Shown: in pieces, positions 33,963 through 47,603 of the stretch
Position numbering within the stretch: position 1 is the stretch's first letter
How the letters are laid out: each line of letters opens with the position of its first letter
NCBI RefSeq assembly: GCF_036321535.1
Contig: NC_087436.1
Coordinates: 14,198,001-14,262,000 of the forward strand
Source: Camelus dromedarius
Taxonomy: Eukaryota
Length of the DNA stretch: 64,000 nucleotides
Direction: 5' to 3'
Notes under the pieces: generated by a model
Told to the model about the DNA's origin: nothing
Databases searched by the model: none
Seen by the model: the letters and a program-made list of their open reading frames with translations, nothing else
Position numbers and translations under genes: made by a program

Positions 33963-35889
33963 CTGTGAACAGGGCAGAGTTACAAGACCAAGCGTTAACA
34001 CCGACGACAATGAAACATAAGGTGATTTATTACATGTCTTCATGAAAGAGCGTCTCTCTCCTCAGGAAAAGCTGTTCTGACAAAGTATTGCACACACACC
34101 AGTTGTACATTGCTTTGCAGTCACTGAGTCTTTGTTGAGTTTTTAACTTCTCTGAGGGAATAGATCAGTTTAAGAAGCTAAATATGTACTCTCTTAACCC
34201 TTTTCAGACATTACTGAGCATACCTTAATTAAGAATATCATTAGGTCTCCCTTCAAACGAAGTGAATTCAAAATCAAATGTTGAAGAGAGGAAAATTATA
34301 TCTAAATAATAACTACATGATCTATGCTATACAGCAAGTATGGACATCATTCAGGCTACACTTTATGTAAAACTAAGTAGGCGGGATACTTTAAAGCACT
34401 GCAGTTCTCTGCAAAGACTGAAGGAGTGGTGGCAAGTGTTGCCCAGAAAGCCAATTTACTCAAATTCCCCTCAGTTATTTTCAATTGCTTATTACTTTGA
34501 ATGATATCAAGAGTATGTTTTAACCAAGTAACACTGTATCTATGACTCTTTTAAAGAAATCAGCAAAGCATCACAAAGATTTTACGAATATTGAAATGTT
34601 TCCTGCGGTGTTATTTGTAACTGCAAAATGTTCAATAATAAAGTATAAAATAAACTCTTATATAGCCATCCAATGCAATATTCATTAAAACTGAGCTTTA
34701 ATAATTTTTAATGATGTAAAGACATCTGATACATGATGCTAAGTGAAAAAATAGGATATAACATTTTATACAGGGTATGAAATCTGTATTCACTGTAAAC
34801 ACACACGCAGTCTCTCTGGCCATTTCTCCGTTCATCGACCTCTATAAAGGAAATAACACTAATATTTATATTGGATATTCTTGATTTGTAAAGTCTTTTA
34901 TTTTTAAAATTAAAATATTATAAAAACAGCACATGCTCAAGATTGCAAGTAAAATCTCCTGATTCATGCATTTATTCTCCTCTGACCCGAGAGAATCACT
35001 GTTAACATTTTCTCGTGTATCCTTTGACAAAGTTTCTAGGTTTATATACAAAATTTTAAAACATAAATGGATTGCACTATGTACACTTCCAGTAACAGAT
35101 TTTTACTTAAAGTATCTCAGATAACTTTTAATTCCATTCATTTATTCATTCAGTAGATATTCATGAAGTACCTTCTGCATGCCAGGCACTGTTCTAGGTG
35201 TCTCCTCATGAGCTCACATTCTTAGGGGATGGAAAAGGAAGGAGAGAGGTAAGCCAGAAACTAAGTATTGACCCCAGGGAATGAATAACTCAAGCCTAGA
35301 GAAGAAGCTGGGTTAACATTTAGGGCATCTGGAGCTGCCAGATTCACCTAGTTGTTTGAAAAATAAAAAGGATTCTTTCCTCTTTCTCTGACAAAGATCA
35401 GAATGTTTCTGGCAGGGATATAGTTTAAGAGGAACAGATAGCATGAAATGACGACAACTAAAAAGTGTCTGTAAAAACTAAAAAGAATTATCTTGAACTT
35501 ATCTGCTCAGACATTTAAGGCCTGCAACCTTCCTAAATGAAAACCTCTGGTGCCAGGTCCAAGGACAACAAACATGCAACCGATGTGTTAGGCACTGCAC
35601 CTGGGATACAGGAATACAAAGATAAGTAAGGCAGAGGCCAGCAGAAATGATGATTAATGTGATAAATGGGTAGGTAGGGGAGGAGAGAATTTTCTCAAGA
35701 AAGCATGAAGGAGAACACTGGGATGGGAGAACTCTAACTCCCCTGCCATCTAGTTCTGAGATGAGGGGAGTATTTCAAAGGATGGTGAACCTCCACCCAG
35801 GGGCAATTATTAAAACAGGATAATCACAGGTCAAGCAGGTTTCTAGAAGGCAAACAGGAGGTGAGCACAGTATTCTATTATAATGACTG

Positions 35890-36238
35890 TTACAATAATG
35901 GCCCCAGTTACCCCTTTCCATATCCATACCCTTAGGGGAGCCTTCCACAATGAAAACGAGCTTGGCCTGTACTATTAAAAAATGAGGCTTGATAAGCAAG
36001 TGCCTGCCCTGGGGGACTACTGCTGCCATCTTGTGAAGAAGCCCCATCTGGCCTCCTTTGGGCTTAAAGTCTCCAGGGGCAGAGGCCCAGCCATTCCAGC
36101 TGCTCTCAGTGCCCAGCATCAAAGTGAAACTGGAAGAACCCAACCTACCTGACCTACGCACTTGTGGGAAATAAAGCATTGTTGTTCCAGGCTCCTAAAG
36201 CTGTCAGTGTTTTGTTATGCAGCAGAAGATGAGGTACA
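35890..36238 (+). mobile_element. MaLR LTR (MLT1-like) remnant
   Basis: GCCATCTTGTGA...CCAGC...AATAAAGCATTGTTGTT...TTTTGTTATGCAGCAGAAGAT...ACA, an MLT1-type 3' end. Confidence 0.65.
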
Positions 36239-36679
36239 TCTATGAAAAAGGTCAAGAATGCAGTTTCCTAGGAATGAACGAGGGTTCAGTGAGCAGTGAA
36301 AAGGAGGAAAATCAAGGTGGGGAGGACAAGGTTCAGATACATGAGAGAAATTGAGATGGAAAGCAGCTAGGGAACAGAGACTCACACAAGCCAGGCAAAA
36401 CTGCTACTAACCAGCCCCAAGACCTAACTGCAGGTTAGGAATAAATGTAATATAGTATCTTTGAGAACTTTTACCTCCAATTTTCTGGGAAGAGTTGCAT
36501 TAGACAGAGTTTGATACTGGTCACAGCCTCCCCAAATCTGTTATTTGTTATTAATCTAGGGCATTAGTAAAGTATTCCGATTGTTAGTACTTTCTTTATA
36601 GAAATTACCAGAAAGACACTGGAATCAGGAGGTCTGCATGCCAGTCTTAGTTACCCCTTCCTAGTTTTCTTTGTGATAC

Positions 36680-37204
36680 TGCTGCAGGAGAATGGGGCAT
36701 GAGAGGATCGTCATGTCCCAGGTCTCCAGAGAGTCCCTGGAATGGGCCACCAAGTGAGGGTCCTTGGCTTGCAAAGGAAAGAAATCAAGAGTGAGCCACA
36801 GTACAGTAAAAGCAGGTTTATTTGGCGAGATACACATTCCATAGGCAGATAGCAGGTCTGTCTCAGAAGGCCTGGGGTGTGGGTGTGGTTAGATTTTCAT
36901 GCGCTGGGTAATTTCATATGCTAATAAGTGGGAGGGTTATTCCAACTATTTTGGGGAAGGGGCAGGGATTTCCAGGAATTGTCCCCACCCCATTCTTGGC
37001 CTTTTATGGTTAGGAACTGTCATGGCACCTGACATGTCCTTAGCAACTAATGTACTACAATGAGCCTATGAGGCTCAAGGTCTGCTGGAAGTGAATCTTC
37101 TGCCATCTTGGGCTGAGTTGGTTCTAACCAGTTTACATCATACTCTCAATGGCTATGTCATTCGTTTAATGGCTGTGCCCTTACCCCCTTCTCTTTCTGT
37201 CTCC
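36680..37204 (-). mobile_element. Solo LTR, ERV1-like
   Basis: TG start; AAAGCAGGTTTATT (minus-strand AATAAA); GGCAGGGATTTCCAGGAAT and GCCATCTTG motifs; ends CTGTCTC. Confidence 0.7.
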
Positions 37205-37458
37205 ACACCAGGCACAGGCTACTTCTAATTTCATTGGCATCAAGGATGACATTACCAAACTGAATTTGCAGTGCCGCTGTCAGGGTTAAATGGAACGAGG
37301 TACTACCTAGAACACTGATACAGACTAAGGACTCATTAGATTTCAATGAATCTAAGTTTACCTATTTGTTAAACTTTCAGATGACATTGACTTTTCTCAG
37401 TAAAATAAACTCTCATTTATTTATAACCCACTGATTTGGAACTTGGAAGAAGTAAGAC

Positions 37459-38314
37459 TGTGATTTATAATAAATATACACTTGGTCCAGGCACAGAGCT
37501 CCCAAAACCCTTGTTAATTTCCTAAGTGATAAGAGCCAAGGTAGTATCTTTTGTTATAATATTGGGTCTCTGGTTCTGTTCCTGAAATAGTCCCAGAGCT
37601 ATAAAGGTGGAAGGATTGTCTTTTGTTATTCACAGCAAGTCCTCTTCTACCACATCGGACTTTATGCTAGTGAGGGGATATTTGGAAAGCCCCTAGATAA
37701 CCATAGCTTGGGGGCTGGTTGCCAGGGGAACTAAATTGTGATTGGAAGGTGGAAATTTTCACCCTCACGACCCAACCTCTGGACAGTCATTTAATCAACC
37801 ATGCCTACACAATGAAGCCTCCATAAAAATCCCTTAAGTATGGGGTTTGGGCAGCTTTTGGGTTGGTTAACGTATCCACAAGCCAGGAGGGTGGTGCACC
37901 CCAAACCCCACAGGGACAGAAGCTTTTGCGTTTAGGACCCTTCTGACCTTGCCCTATGACCTCTTCATCTGTATCCTTTAATATTTTTTGTAATAAACCT
38001 GTAATCTAATGAGTAAGCTGTTTCCAGAGCTCTATGAGTGCTCCAGCAAATGACTGAACCCAAGGAGGGGGTCGTGGGAAACTTCGGTTTATTCGCAGTT
38101 GGTCGGAAGCTTAGGTGGCAACCTGGACTTTCGAATGGTGTCTGAAGGTGGTGGTGAGGGAGGCCCACAGTGTCAGAATTGAACCAACTGCAGAACATCC
38201 AGCCAGTGTCTGGAAAATCAGGGAACTGGTCTGTGTGGGAAAAAACCCTACACATCTGATGTCAAAGTGAGACGTGTTGTGAGTGAAACAAGAAACAGGG
38301 TTTTTTCCTTTTCA
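37459..38314 (+). mobile_element. MER21-like solo LTR
   Basis: TGTG...TTCA ends; 5-bp TSD AAGAC/AAGAT; hallmarks AATCAACCATGCCTAC..AATGAAGCCTCCATAAAAA and GAACCCAAGGAGGGGGTCGTGGGAA. Confidence 0.8.
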
Positions 38315-39149
38315 AAGATAGAAACTAATGTGAAGTTTACCTTAGAACAATGAAAAAAAGGTTTGTGCTAAGCAAATAAATTCTGCTGACAAGATTGCAT
38401 GGGCACAGTTGGTTTATCAACACTGCCTGCCTTGATATGGTCTTCAATCCAAGGACAGAGATGCTGCAGAAGGAATTCCTCTGCCTGACAGATCACCTCA
38501 GAAGAACCTTTAAGGGTCCCTTTACAACCCCATGATTTTGTGCTTCTAAAATGAACACATTTTTCAAGCACTAAGACAGCACTTAATTTCTTCCAAATTA
38601 TGCATTGGTTAGCACCATTCAAGTTAATAATATTACAAAAAAATTTGTTTAAACATTCTTAACACAGAATTTCATTAATTCATATTGACTTCTTTATGTC
38701 TAGACATGAAAGTTTTGCATTGCAATCACTTTTAAAACAAGCTTTTAAATGATAAACTGATTTTTTATATCAGCATCTACTAAGGAAAGGTCAGATTATG
38801 CTAATTAAGGTTTAACCAGGGCTCTCCTTACATGAGTGGAGTTTGATTTTAGGACCAAATCTCTTTCTTGTAAGACACTAGAGTCAATTAAAGTAATAGC
38901 TAGCAAAAAAAAAAGTAAAATAAAATAAAACATTACAGGCTAGCTCTCACTTGATTCTTATTTACATAAGAATATTTTCTGAACTTGATCTGTTCTCAGT
39001 CGCACCTCTGCCAGCGTGACTGAGTTTCAGATCTCTTCCAGAGTACACACTGTCAGGGACTGGTCAAAGGAGAGCTCTGAGGACAGTATGTTTTGACAGA
39101 AAGATGGAAAAGTTTTCAGATGACCCTAGCTATGAAAGAATTTCTTAAA

Positions 39150-40350
39150 AATAAAAAAATCATAAACTATAAGGAAAAGATCGGCAAATTAAATTACTTT
39201 AAAATATAGAATTTCTGGGGAGGGCATAGCTCAATGGTAGAGTGCATGCTTAGCATGCAGGAGGTGCTGGGTTCATGCCCCAGTACTCCCTCTAAACATA
39301 AATAAATAAATAAACCTAATTACCCCCCCAAATAATAAAAATAAATAAGTAAATAAATATTTTTTTAACTTAGAATTTCTATTCACACAAGGATAGTGAA
39401 AAGACAAGTTACAAACTGGATAAAGGTATCTGCATTACAGGTACTGACTAAAAGTCTGTGTTTAGAAAATGTGACGAACTCCTGCAAACCAACTACCTAA
39501 TTAAAAAAGAGCAAATAACATGGGTGGGCATTTTACACAGCAGGAAACAGGAGTGACCAATTAAATTTGAAAAGACACCCAGCCTCAACAGGAAACAGGA
39601 AAATGCAAATGAAAACTGATGTGGCATGCTATTTTATGCCCGCTACATTAGGAAAACTTAAAACAATGAGAACTCTTGTACACTGCTGATTGGTGCATAC
39701 ATTTGTACAACTATCTTTGTTGTACATTAGCTAGTAAAATGAAAGATGCATGTATCCTATGGAACAGCAAATTAGCTCATAACAATGTGCCCTAGAGAAG
39801 CTTGCACGTGTCCCATGAGACATGTACAATTATGTTCACAGCAGTACTGCTTTTAGCATCAAGAAAACAAAAAAACTAACCAAAATTTGTATTTACAGGA
39901 GAATCGATAAATAAACTGTGGTCTCTTCATGTGATAGGGATGCGGTATAGGAGTGAAGATAAATGAATGGCACCTCCATGTGTCATCATGGAAGAACCTC
40001 AGGAAGACCAGACAGAGCAAAAGAGGAAACAAACACCCGCAGTAGGATCCCATTTATATAAAGTTCAAAAACACATGTAACTGAATGATACAGTCATATG
40101 TGGTGAAATTATAAAGAAAACCAGTAGAAACAATAAGTAAAACTCAGAATAGGGGTTATGGACAGAGCAGAAGGGGGAAAATGAGGTAAGGGAAAGCACA
40201 GAGGAGGCTTCAGAAGTATTGATAGTTTTGTTTCTTAACCTGGGTGGTAGGAACGTGGTTGCTGGTTTTTGTTGTTGTTACTCTTTATATTTTGCCTGTA
40301 TGTTAAACATTCTTTTGAATGTGCTTAATGTATTTTTTCATTATTAAAAA
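39150..40350 (+). mobile_element. L1ME-like fragment
   Basis: Decayed ORF2 end and 3'UTR (GAAAATGCAAATGAAAAC; TACACTGCTGATTGG; CCATTTATATAAAGTTCAAAAAC; TTTCTTAACCTGGGTGGT). Confidence 0.7.
39217..39370 (+). mobile_element. tRNA-Ala-derived SINE (Vic-1 type) inserted in an old L1
   Basis: Same head and tail; TSD TAGAATTTCT (39207-39216 and 39371-39380). Confidence 0.9.
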
Positions 40351-40489
40351 AGGGAAAGGTTATGAAAGATAAAAGTCTTGTCTATATCACAACTTCGCTG
40401 AAGCTCTGCATTTTTCAGTATTCTGATGAACCACAGGCAACCCCACTGCAGATTCAGAGAAAAAAAAAAAAAAAACACCTAAAATGTTA

Positions 40490-41535
40490 CTTGCATTCAT
40501 TCAGTAAATATTACCCTGGGTCTGGTGTAAGGCACTACTCTAGGGGCTGGAATGCAAGCAATCAACAAAAAAGACAACTCTGCTGTCAAGAACCTTATAT
40601 TCTACTGAGGGGATAAAGAGAAACAAGATAAATAAACTATACAGTATGTCAGATGATGACATTTGTTACAGAGAAAAACAAAGCAGCAATGGGGAATAGG
40701 AGATGTCTGCACAGAAGAGCGGATGCAATGTAAATAGGAAGGCTAGACGAGGTCTCATTAAGGTGACATCTGAATAAAGACCTGAAGGAAGTGAGGAAAT
40801 GAACTTTAAGACACTTAGAAGAGGAACGTCCCAGACAGGAAACAGCAAGCACTAAGGTCCTGAGTGGGCAGTGTGCGTGGAACACTCTGAGTAAGGGTCT
40901 GGTGGGAGATGTGGTCAGATGGGTAATGGGGACTAGACGGTGTAGGAACTCGGAGGTCATCAGAAAGACTCTGGCTACTTTGCTGAGTGAGATGAGAAGG
41001 TACTAGAAGATCCTGAGCAGAAAACTGACAGTAACTAACTTAAGCTATAAACATGCAAGAGGGGGAAAGATGGAGACCTGTCAGGATACCTCAGCAGCAA
41101 CCCACCAGGTGAGGCAATGGTGGCCCGACTCCGGTGCTAACAGAGGAAGCAGGGAGAAGAGGTGGGATTCTTGTGTATGGGATGTGCTGACAGATGGATC
41201 AAGATGCAAGATGTGAGAGAAAGAGAACAAACAGGATGCCAAGACTCTGGCCCCGAGCAACTGAAAGAATGAAGCTGCCATATACTGATGTGGCAAAGAG
41301 TGTGAGAGGGGAAAGGTGGGTATCAGGAGCTCAGCTTTGGACAAGTGAAGTCTGAGATGCCTTTCAGGCACGCACATGGAAGTGCTGAACAGGTCACAGT
41401 ATTTCTGAGATTGGATCATTCAGTGTGGCAGTCTAGGCTGGAAATGTAAACTAGGGGTCAACACACAACAACATGCAGCTGACAGTCAAAGCCACAGGAC
41501 TAGAAAGAGCTCATCAAGAGAGGAGACAGAAAAGA
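40490..41535 (-). mobile_element. L2 LINE fragment
   Basis: CATTCATTCAGTAAATATT...GGCACTACTCTAGG...AAGGTGACATCTGAATAAAGACCTGAAGGAAGTGAGG...CAGCTTTGGACAAGTGAAGTCTGAGATGCCT. Confidence 0.75.
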
Positions 41536-41965
41536 CACCCAAGGATTAAGTTATGACCCTTAATACTTCACAATTTATACAGAACTTAGCCTGAAAGGGA
41601 TCACAGGCCTAAATATCTACATTTACATGGCTAAAAGCCATAAACCTTCTAGAGGAAAACACAGGAGAAAGTCTCAACAATCTTGAGCTTGGCAAAAATT
41701 TTTAAATAATTCACACAAAGAATACATTATAAAAAAGTTAATAAATAGGACTTCATCAAGATTAAAATACTTTTCTCTTCAAAGCACAGTTATAAAAATG
41801 AATAGGCAAGCCACATATTGGGAGAAAAGATTTGCAAAACAGACAAAGAACCTGATGCCAGAATATATGAAAAATTCTTACAAAATAAGAAGATGACGAC
41901 AAACAGCCCAACCAAAAAAAATGGAGAAAAAAATCTGAACAGGCATTTCATAAAAAAAGTATTTT

Positions 41966-42003
41966 ATATATATATATATATATATATGTGATATATATAT
42001 ATA
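41966..42003. repeat. Interrupted (TA)n microsatellite
   Basis: Read directly from the sequence. Confidence 0.9.
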
Positions 42004-42872
42004 CACATACGTACAGATGGTAGGCAAATAAGCATGTGGAAAGATGACCAACATCTTTAGTTATTAGGGAAATTCCAATTTAAACCATGAGACACCACAA
42101 CACATTCACCAGAATGGCTAAAATTAAAGATTCACCATACCTTATTGGTGAGGATGTGAAACAGACTGACCTCTCATATACTATTGGTGGGGATGTCAAA
42201 TGGTACAACCATCTTGGAAAAGTTTTTCAGTTTCTTAAAAAGTTAAGCATGCACCTACTGTTCCCATGTGTAGGTATACATACAACCCACTATTCCACAC
42301 CTGAGTAGTGAGTGGAGTGGAATCAAAGTGTATGTCCACACAAAGACTTGTACACAGATGTTCACAGTAATTTACTTGTATTAACAGCCTACAACCCAAA
42401 TGTCTATCAGTAGGTGAACAGGTAAACTGTGGTATTTCCATACAATGGAGCACTACTCAGCAACAAAACAAATGAACAACTGATAAACACAGCATGGATG
42501 AATCACAAAACTTGTGCAGTGAAAGTAAGCAGAAAACAAGGAGTATAAACTATTTGGTTCCATTTATATAAAATTTAGAACATGCAAACAAATCTATAGT
42601 AACAGAAAGCAAATCAGTGGTTGTCTGGAAATGAGGGTTTGGGTTACAAAGGGGCTTGAGGAAATTTGGGGAGGTGATGAACACACATACTATCTTGTTT
42701 TGGTGATGATTTCATAAGCATCTACATGTGTCAAAACTTGTCAAATTGTACACCTTAAATATGTGCAGCTATTATTCATCAAATTATACCTCAATAAAGC
42801 TGTGGGGGGAGAACAGTGGTGCTGGGAAACCGGTTATCTACCTGGGGGGAAAACTGGATTCCTAATTCACAT

Positions 42873-43084
42873 ACAATTGGTTCAGGTTCCAGGACCCCTG
42901 CAGATACCAAAACCTGAGGATGCTCAAGTCCCTAACATAAAACGGCTCAGTACAGTCGGTCCTCTGTAGCCAAAGGTTCCACATCCACGTGTTCAACCAA
43001 CAGAGAATTCTGATGTACAGCTGGCTGAATCTGTGGATGTGGAACCTGTGGATTTGGAACCCGCAGATGTCAAGGGCCAAGTGC
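42873..43084 (+). mobile_element. MER2-like Tigger DNA transposon remnant
   Basis: GGTTCCAGGACCCCTGCAGATACCAAAACCTGAGGATGCTCAAGTCCCT...GAATCTGTGGATGTGGAACC. Confidence 0.7.
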
Positions 43085-46000
43085 AATACAATAAACCAGC
43101 TCCAGGTAGATTTGGAATTGTGAAAAGCAAATAACAAAACAAAACAAAACAACAAAAACAAAAACCAAAAAACCTCCAACCCCCCAAAAACCCCTAAAAA
43201 TTTTAAAAGAAAATATTATATATCCAATATCTTAAAATGTTGGATTGGAAAAGATTTCTTAAATAGGACACAAAAGGTATTAACAATAGAATAAAAGATT
43301 GATAATTTAATTGAAATTTAAGAGATTTGGTTTGTCAAAAACCATTGTAAAGAGGGTAATATCATAAACCACAAATGGCAGAATATATCTGTAATGAATA
43401 ACCAAAAAAAGGATTAGTATAAAAATATATAAAGAATTCCTACAAATCATTAAGAAAAAAACAAATTAACCCAGTAGAAGTATGGGCTAAGGCTCAAATT
43501 GGCATTTTACACTAGAAGAAACACATGTGACCATAAATAATGAAGAAAATAAAAGAACAAAAATACCATTTAACTCACTTCATTTACAGAGAATGCAAAT
43601 CAAAGGGAACTTGCATACATTGCTGGTGGGAATGTAAATTGCTACATTCATACTGGAAAACAATTTGGAAAACAATTCGGCTTAATCTTATCAAGTTGAA
43701 ACTCACAATGCGCTATAAGGCATGATCAGGAACACTCACAGCAAACACAGAAACGACGCGAATGTCCTTTAACAGTAGAACGAATAAATAAAATGTAAGG
43801 TAAGAGGGAAGTAAGAGGATGGGTTAGGGAAGGAACAGAAAGATGGAAACAAATTTTGGTCACGATCTAGTTCTTGGGTTGGGTGGTGGGGTCACAGATA
43901 CTCATTGTATATATTATTATGCTCAACTTACATATGCATTATATATATTATTTTGTGTGTATATCAATGTCATTTTTTTAAAAAAACACAAAAAAGAGGA
44001 AAATAATAAAGCTTCATGACTCATTTCAAATGTAGTATAAAAATAAAGACTATAAATGAAATGATAAATTTAAAAATAAAACTAAATTAGAAAATTTCAA
44101 ATAATCTTTCTAGTTTCTAATTCTCTCTAAAGCCATAAATTACTTCTGCTTATAATTAAGACATGCACCTTTGCTTGAAGAGTCTAAAGGAACAGACCTC
44201 AGAGAATTCAAGGAAAACTCCTGTCCCTAAAACAGGATGTCACAAATCCTTACGAACTGGTATGTGAAGCATTTTGAAGTTTTGCAAAGTTTCACTTAAG
44301 TAAAATTTCCTTCTCTAAAATGGCATTTTCCAAATTAGGAAGAAAGCAAATCTACCACAAATACACCATTTATTAATTTTCTACTTTCTCTGTCCATTAA
44401 ATAGATAATCTTTTTCTCTGCCTGTAAAGACGCTTGTTAACTGCAGGAGGAGGCTGATTAGCTAGAGGAGAATGAAAGATTCAGGAAAACTGGGCCCAAT
44501 TCCCATTTCTGCCCCCAGTTTACTAGGTGAACTCTTTTCGCACTTGCATAATGAAGAAACTGAGATTAAGATAATTTTTATGGTTCCTTTCTACTAAAAT
44601 TTTCTGAGGAAACTGCTTTCTAAATAGAAGTATACACATATTTGGAAACTCAAATGGTTCTCAAAAAGCCTTTCTGTTGAAAGGTTTTCTTTTGATAGAA
44701 AAACATGATTTCTGTTTATTTATAAGGACAGAAACTGGCACTTCCATAGAGATGTAATAAATTCAGCTGAAAGTTTAGGTACCAGTTTATGAATACTCTT
44801 CCCGATTTTGAGTTTTGTTTTTTTTTTAAGGCTTTCACACTTGAGTCACAAAGTAATTTTCCACCTTGTTCTACTAGTATTACTTGGTCTTTCTTATTTT
44901 CCAATTTCAGATGATCCTTCACTCCTGGAATTACAGAGCAACTAAAGGGCTTCTGTATTTCTAGTGTGAAATTCTAATTTTCAGAAATAGGTTCTAGCTA
45001 ATTACTGTTCTTTGGGCCACAAAAAAATTTGAATTTGAATTTGAATTCTCAATGTTTTAGAATTAGAGGAAACAATAAAAGAGCCCAGGATTTGAGTCAT
45101 GTACTGGAACTGCAGAGAGCTGTTACAAAGCTCAGAAAGCTGGAGAATCAGGAGGAAAGTGGGAAGGAAGGGCATCAGACCGTTTTTAGCTAACCCTACT
45201 AATGTCAACACAGGTCTGCATTCCCCACTCCCTGACAACTGACACACCTAACACAGACACACAGCTCTTCCTGTCACTGAGGGAAGCTTGGGAGCTCACT
45301 AACAAGCCTCAGAACGGGGGCATTAGCTGTATTTAAAATGGTCCCCCACCCCCGAGTGAAACTTAATCCATGGGAAATAAAGGAAGGAGGATGCTTTTTA
45401 GGACTGAATTCTAGTTTTCACAACAAAATGATACAATACTCATTTTCACAAAAACATTCTCTTGGTAATTGTGAGAAGGTTGATGTGCAAAGCCTTTTAA
45501 AGTACCCACACTTCAGAGAAGTTCCTGGTATAAAGAAAGCCTCTGGGGAGTCACAGCTTTTCAATTATAATTATGGAAATAAAGTATAAAATTTCATTGT
45601 CATTTTTGTCTCAGAAGTTGTTTTATACCAACAAAGGTACCTTACCTCGTTTTTCTATTAGCACTGACAAATAAGTGTAATTCTAGTACAAGTTTTAGCT
45701 CTGGTAGTACAGCCTCAAAATCAGACACAAATTTAAATAAGAATGGTAAGTCGACTCTTTCATCCAATCAAACCATTACTAAATCAAAAATAAAGCTAAA
45801 TTAAAATTAATGAATAAATCAATTGCAGTATGAATATACTTTCTAAATTAAATGAACTAAAGATTTAGAATATTTTATTTTCTACCTATTTTTGAGTAGT
45901 GTGAATTTGTCCTAGGATATGTGCTCATGTAGTATGTTCAGTGCGGCTCTGACTGATAGGCTACAAAGAATCTTCAGGAGGCTTTGGTTACCTGAAGATA

Positions 46001-47561
46001 GAAATAAATACAAATCATTACCAATAGAGGGAAAATTTAAGTAATATTAGAGAAGCAGTTGCAATACAATTTTAAAGATAACTAACTTTTGCAATCTTGG
46101 TAATGACTATGCTGTTGTCACTATATATAGCAGTTTTAACAAGGCTTGAAAATTATTTTAAGTTATTTGGCTTGTTTATCAGGTTCACTTTTACCAGGCT
46201 GTCTGGCTTTAGAAAGGTAGGTCTAGGAAAGACTCTGGTTTCTCAACTAGAAGTGGCTTAGGGAGAGAGATGAAGAAAGTTACACGGGGGAAAAGGTCAA
46301 ACCCCACTTTTAGAAGAAGGGGCACAAAGCCAAAATGTTGAAGGAAATATTTTAGGGTCATTACACTTTTTCAGTGTACTTCTACATTTATGCTACGAAG
46401 TCGTAAGTGATGAGCATACAGAATCAAAGGCACAGTTAAGCATTTTTGGCAGACTATTCTTCGATACGGTGGGTGACACTCACTTTTGTGATGTGACACA
46501 TAATATGTTACCTTTGTATCTGCTCTGTGCAGTCTTCTGTTCTCTTCAAGTTATAGTTAAAAAAAAAAAAAAAAACAAAGAAACACACACACACTCAAAG
46601 TTAAGCAACTCGCCGAAGTTTTAGACAGCTAGGAAGCAGATAGGCTGGGATTTGGGGAACTCGGGAACGTCTTTTCTAAGACTAGTCCACGTTCTTTCAC
46701 CTGTTCTAATCTGCCTTTACTCATAAGGCAATAAACATTTTACAAAGCTTTCAAACAAAGTTTGAAACAAACAAAAAAAAAGGCGTAACAGATCATTTAA
46801 AGGAAGAGTAGAAGAGAAATACTTTAGCCTCCTATTTTTGTCTCTGGCCCTGAAGCTGCATTTAAATATCTCAGAGCAAGGATCTAACACAAAGATAGGA
46901 ACAGATGAAAGAAATACAAATTAATTCTTTCTAAAATTATGAAGAATAATGCAATATTAAACTCATACAATAAAAAAACTTTCACATAATCTTTCCATAA
47001 TTACAGAGCAGGAAAAAAATCTATACTGAACTATTTATGCATGTATCTCCTAACTGAAAAAAGATTTAAAGTGGCTCTAAGGATAAATAAAATACAATAG
47101 AAAAGCAGATTTAAAACAGGAGCAACAGAAGACAGAGGTAACATTTCCTGCCATGGGATGACAACAAATCTGACAAATTTTCAGAACCTAACATCAGAAA
47201 CAATTACAGTAATTTAGAAACATACCAAATCACCATGAACTCAGTTACAGAGAACTTTCATAAAGATCTGCCAAATAATGAGCAACCCAGATCAGACACA
47301 AGCAAAACCACTACAGCAGCATCTGGTGAGTGACCCAAAATATGCCACACAATGCTTTAATTGTTAAAGGGCAAAAGCAAACTTCAGTACTGACTACTAA
47401 CACAGAGAGTCACGCTGGGGTTTTAAATAGAAACTGGGTAAGAGAAATTTAAGAGCAGGACTGATAGATAATGCCAAGTGGATGACACTGAAAACTTTCT
47501 CCTGCGGACACAGCATGTATCAATAGAAGATAAATACTACTCACAAAGTTACTGACTGAAA

Positions 47562-47603
47562 AACTTTGAAGTATTACTTCATAACTTTAAAGTATTACTT
47601 CAT
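47562..47603. repeat. 21-bp tandem duplication
   Basis: AACTTT(G/A)AAGTATTACTTCAT twice; the first unit contains the inverted repeat TGAAGTA-T-TACTTCA. Confidence 0.9.

Larger units (their letters stand above)
41570..43990 (+). mobile_element. Cluster of old L1 (L1MD/ME) fragments
   Basis: TTCTAGAGGAAAACACAGGAG; GGACTTCATCAAGATTAAAA; ATTGGTGAGGATGTG; AAATTATACCTCAATAAAGCTG; a second fragment at 43100-43990. Confidence 0.7.

Noticed and set aside
33489..33968. 159-aa plus-strand ORF
   Set aside because: It is antisense to the ARFIP1 last exon and UTR, with no independent coding signal.
46400..46530. C-box-like GTGATGA suggesting a C/D snoRNA
   Set aside because: It is antisense to the host gene, and I found no D box (CTGA) or terminal stem at a suitable distance.
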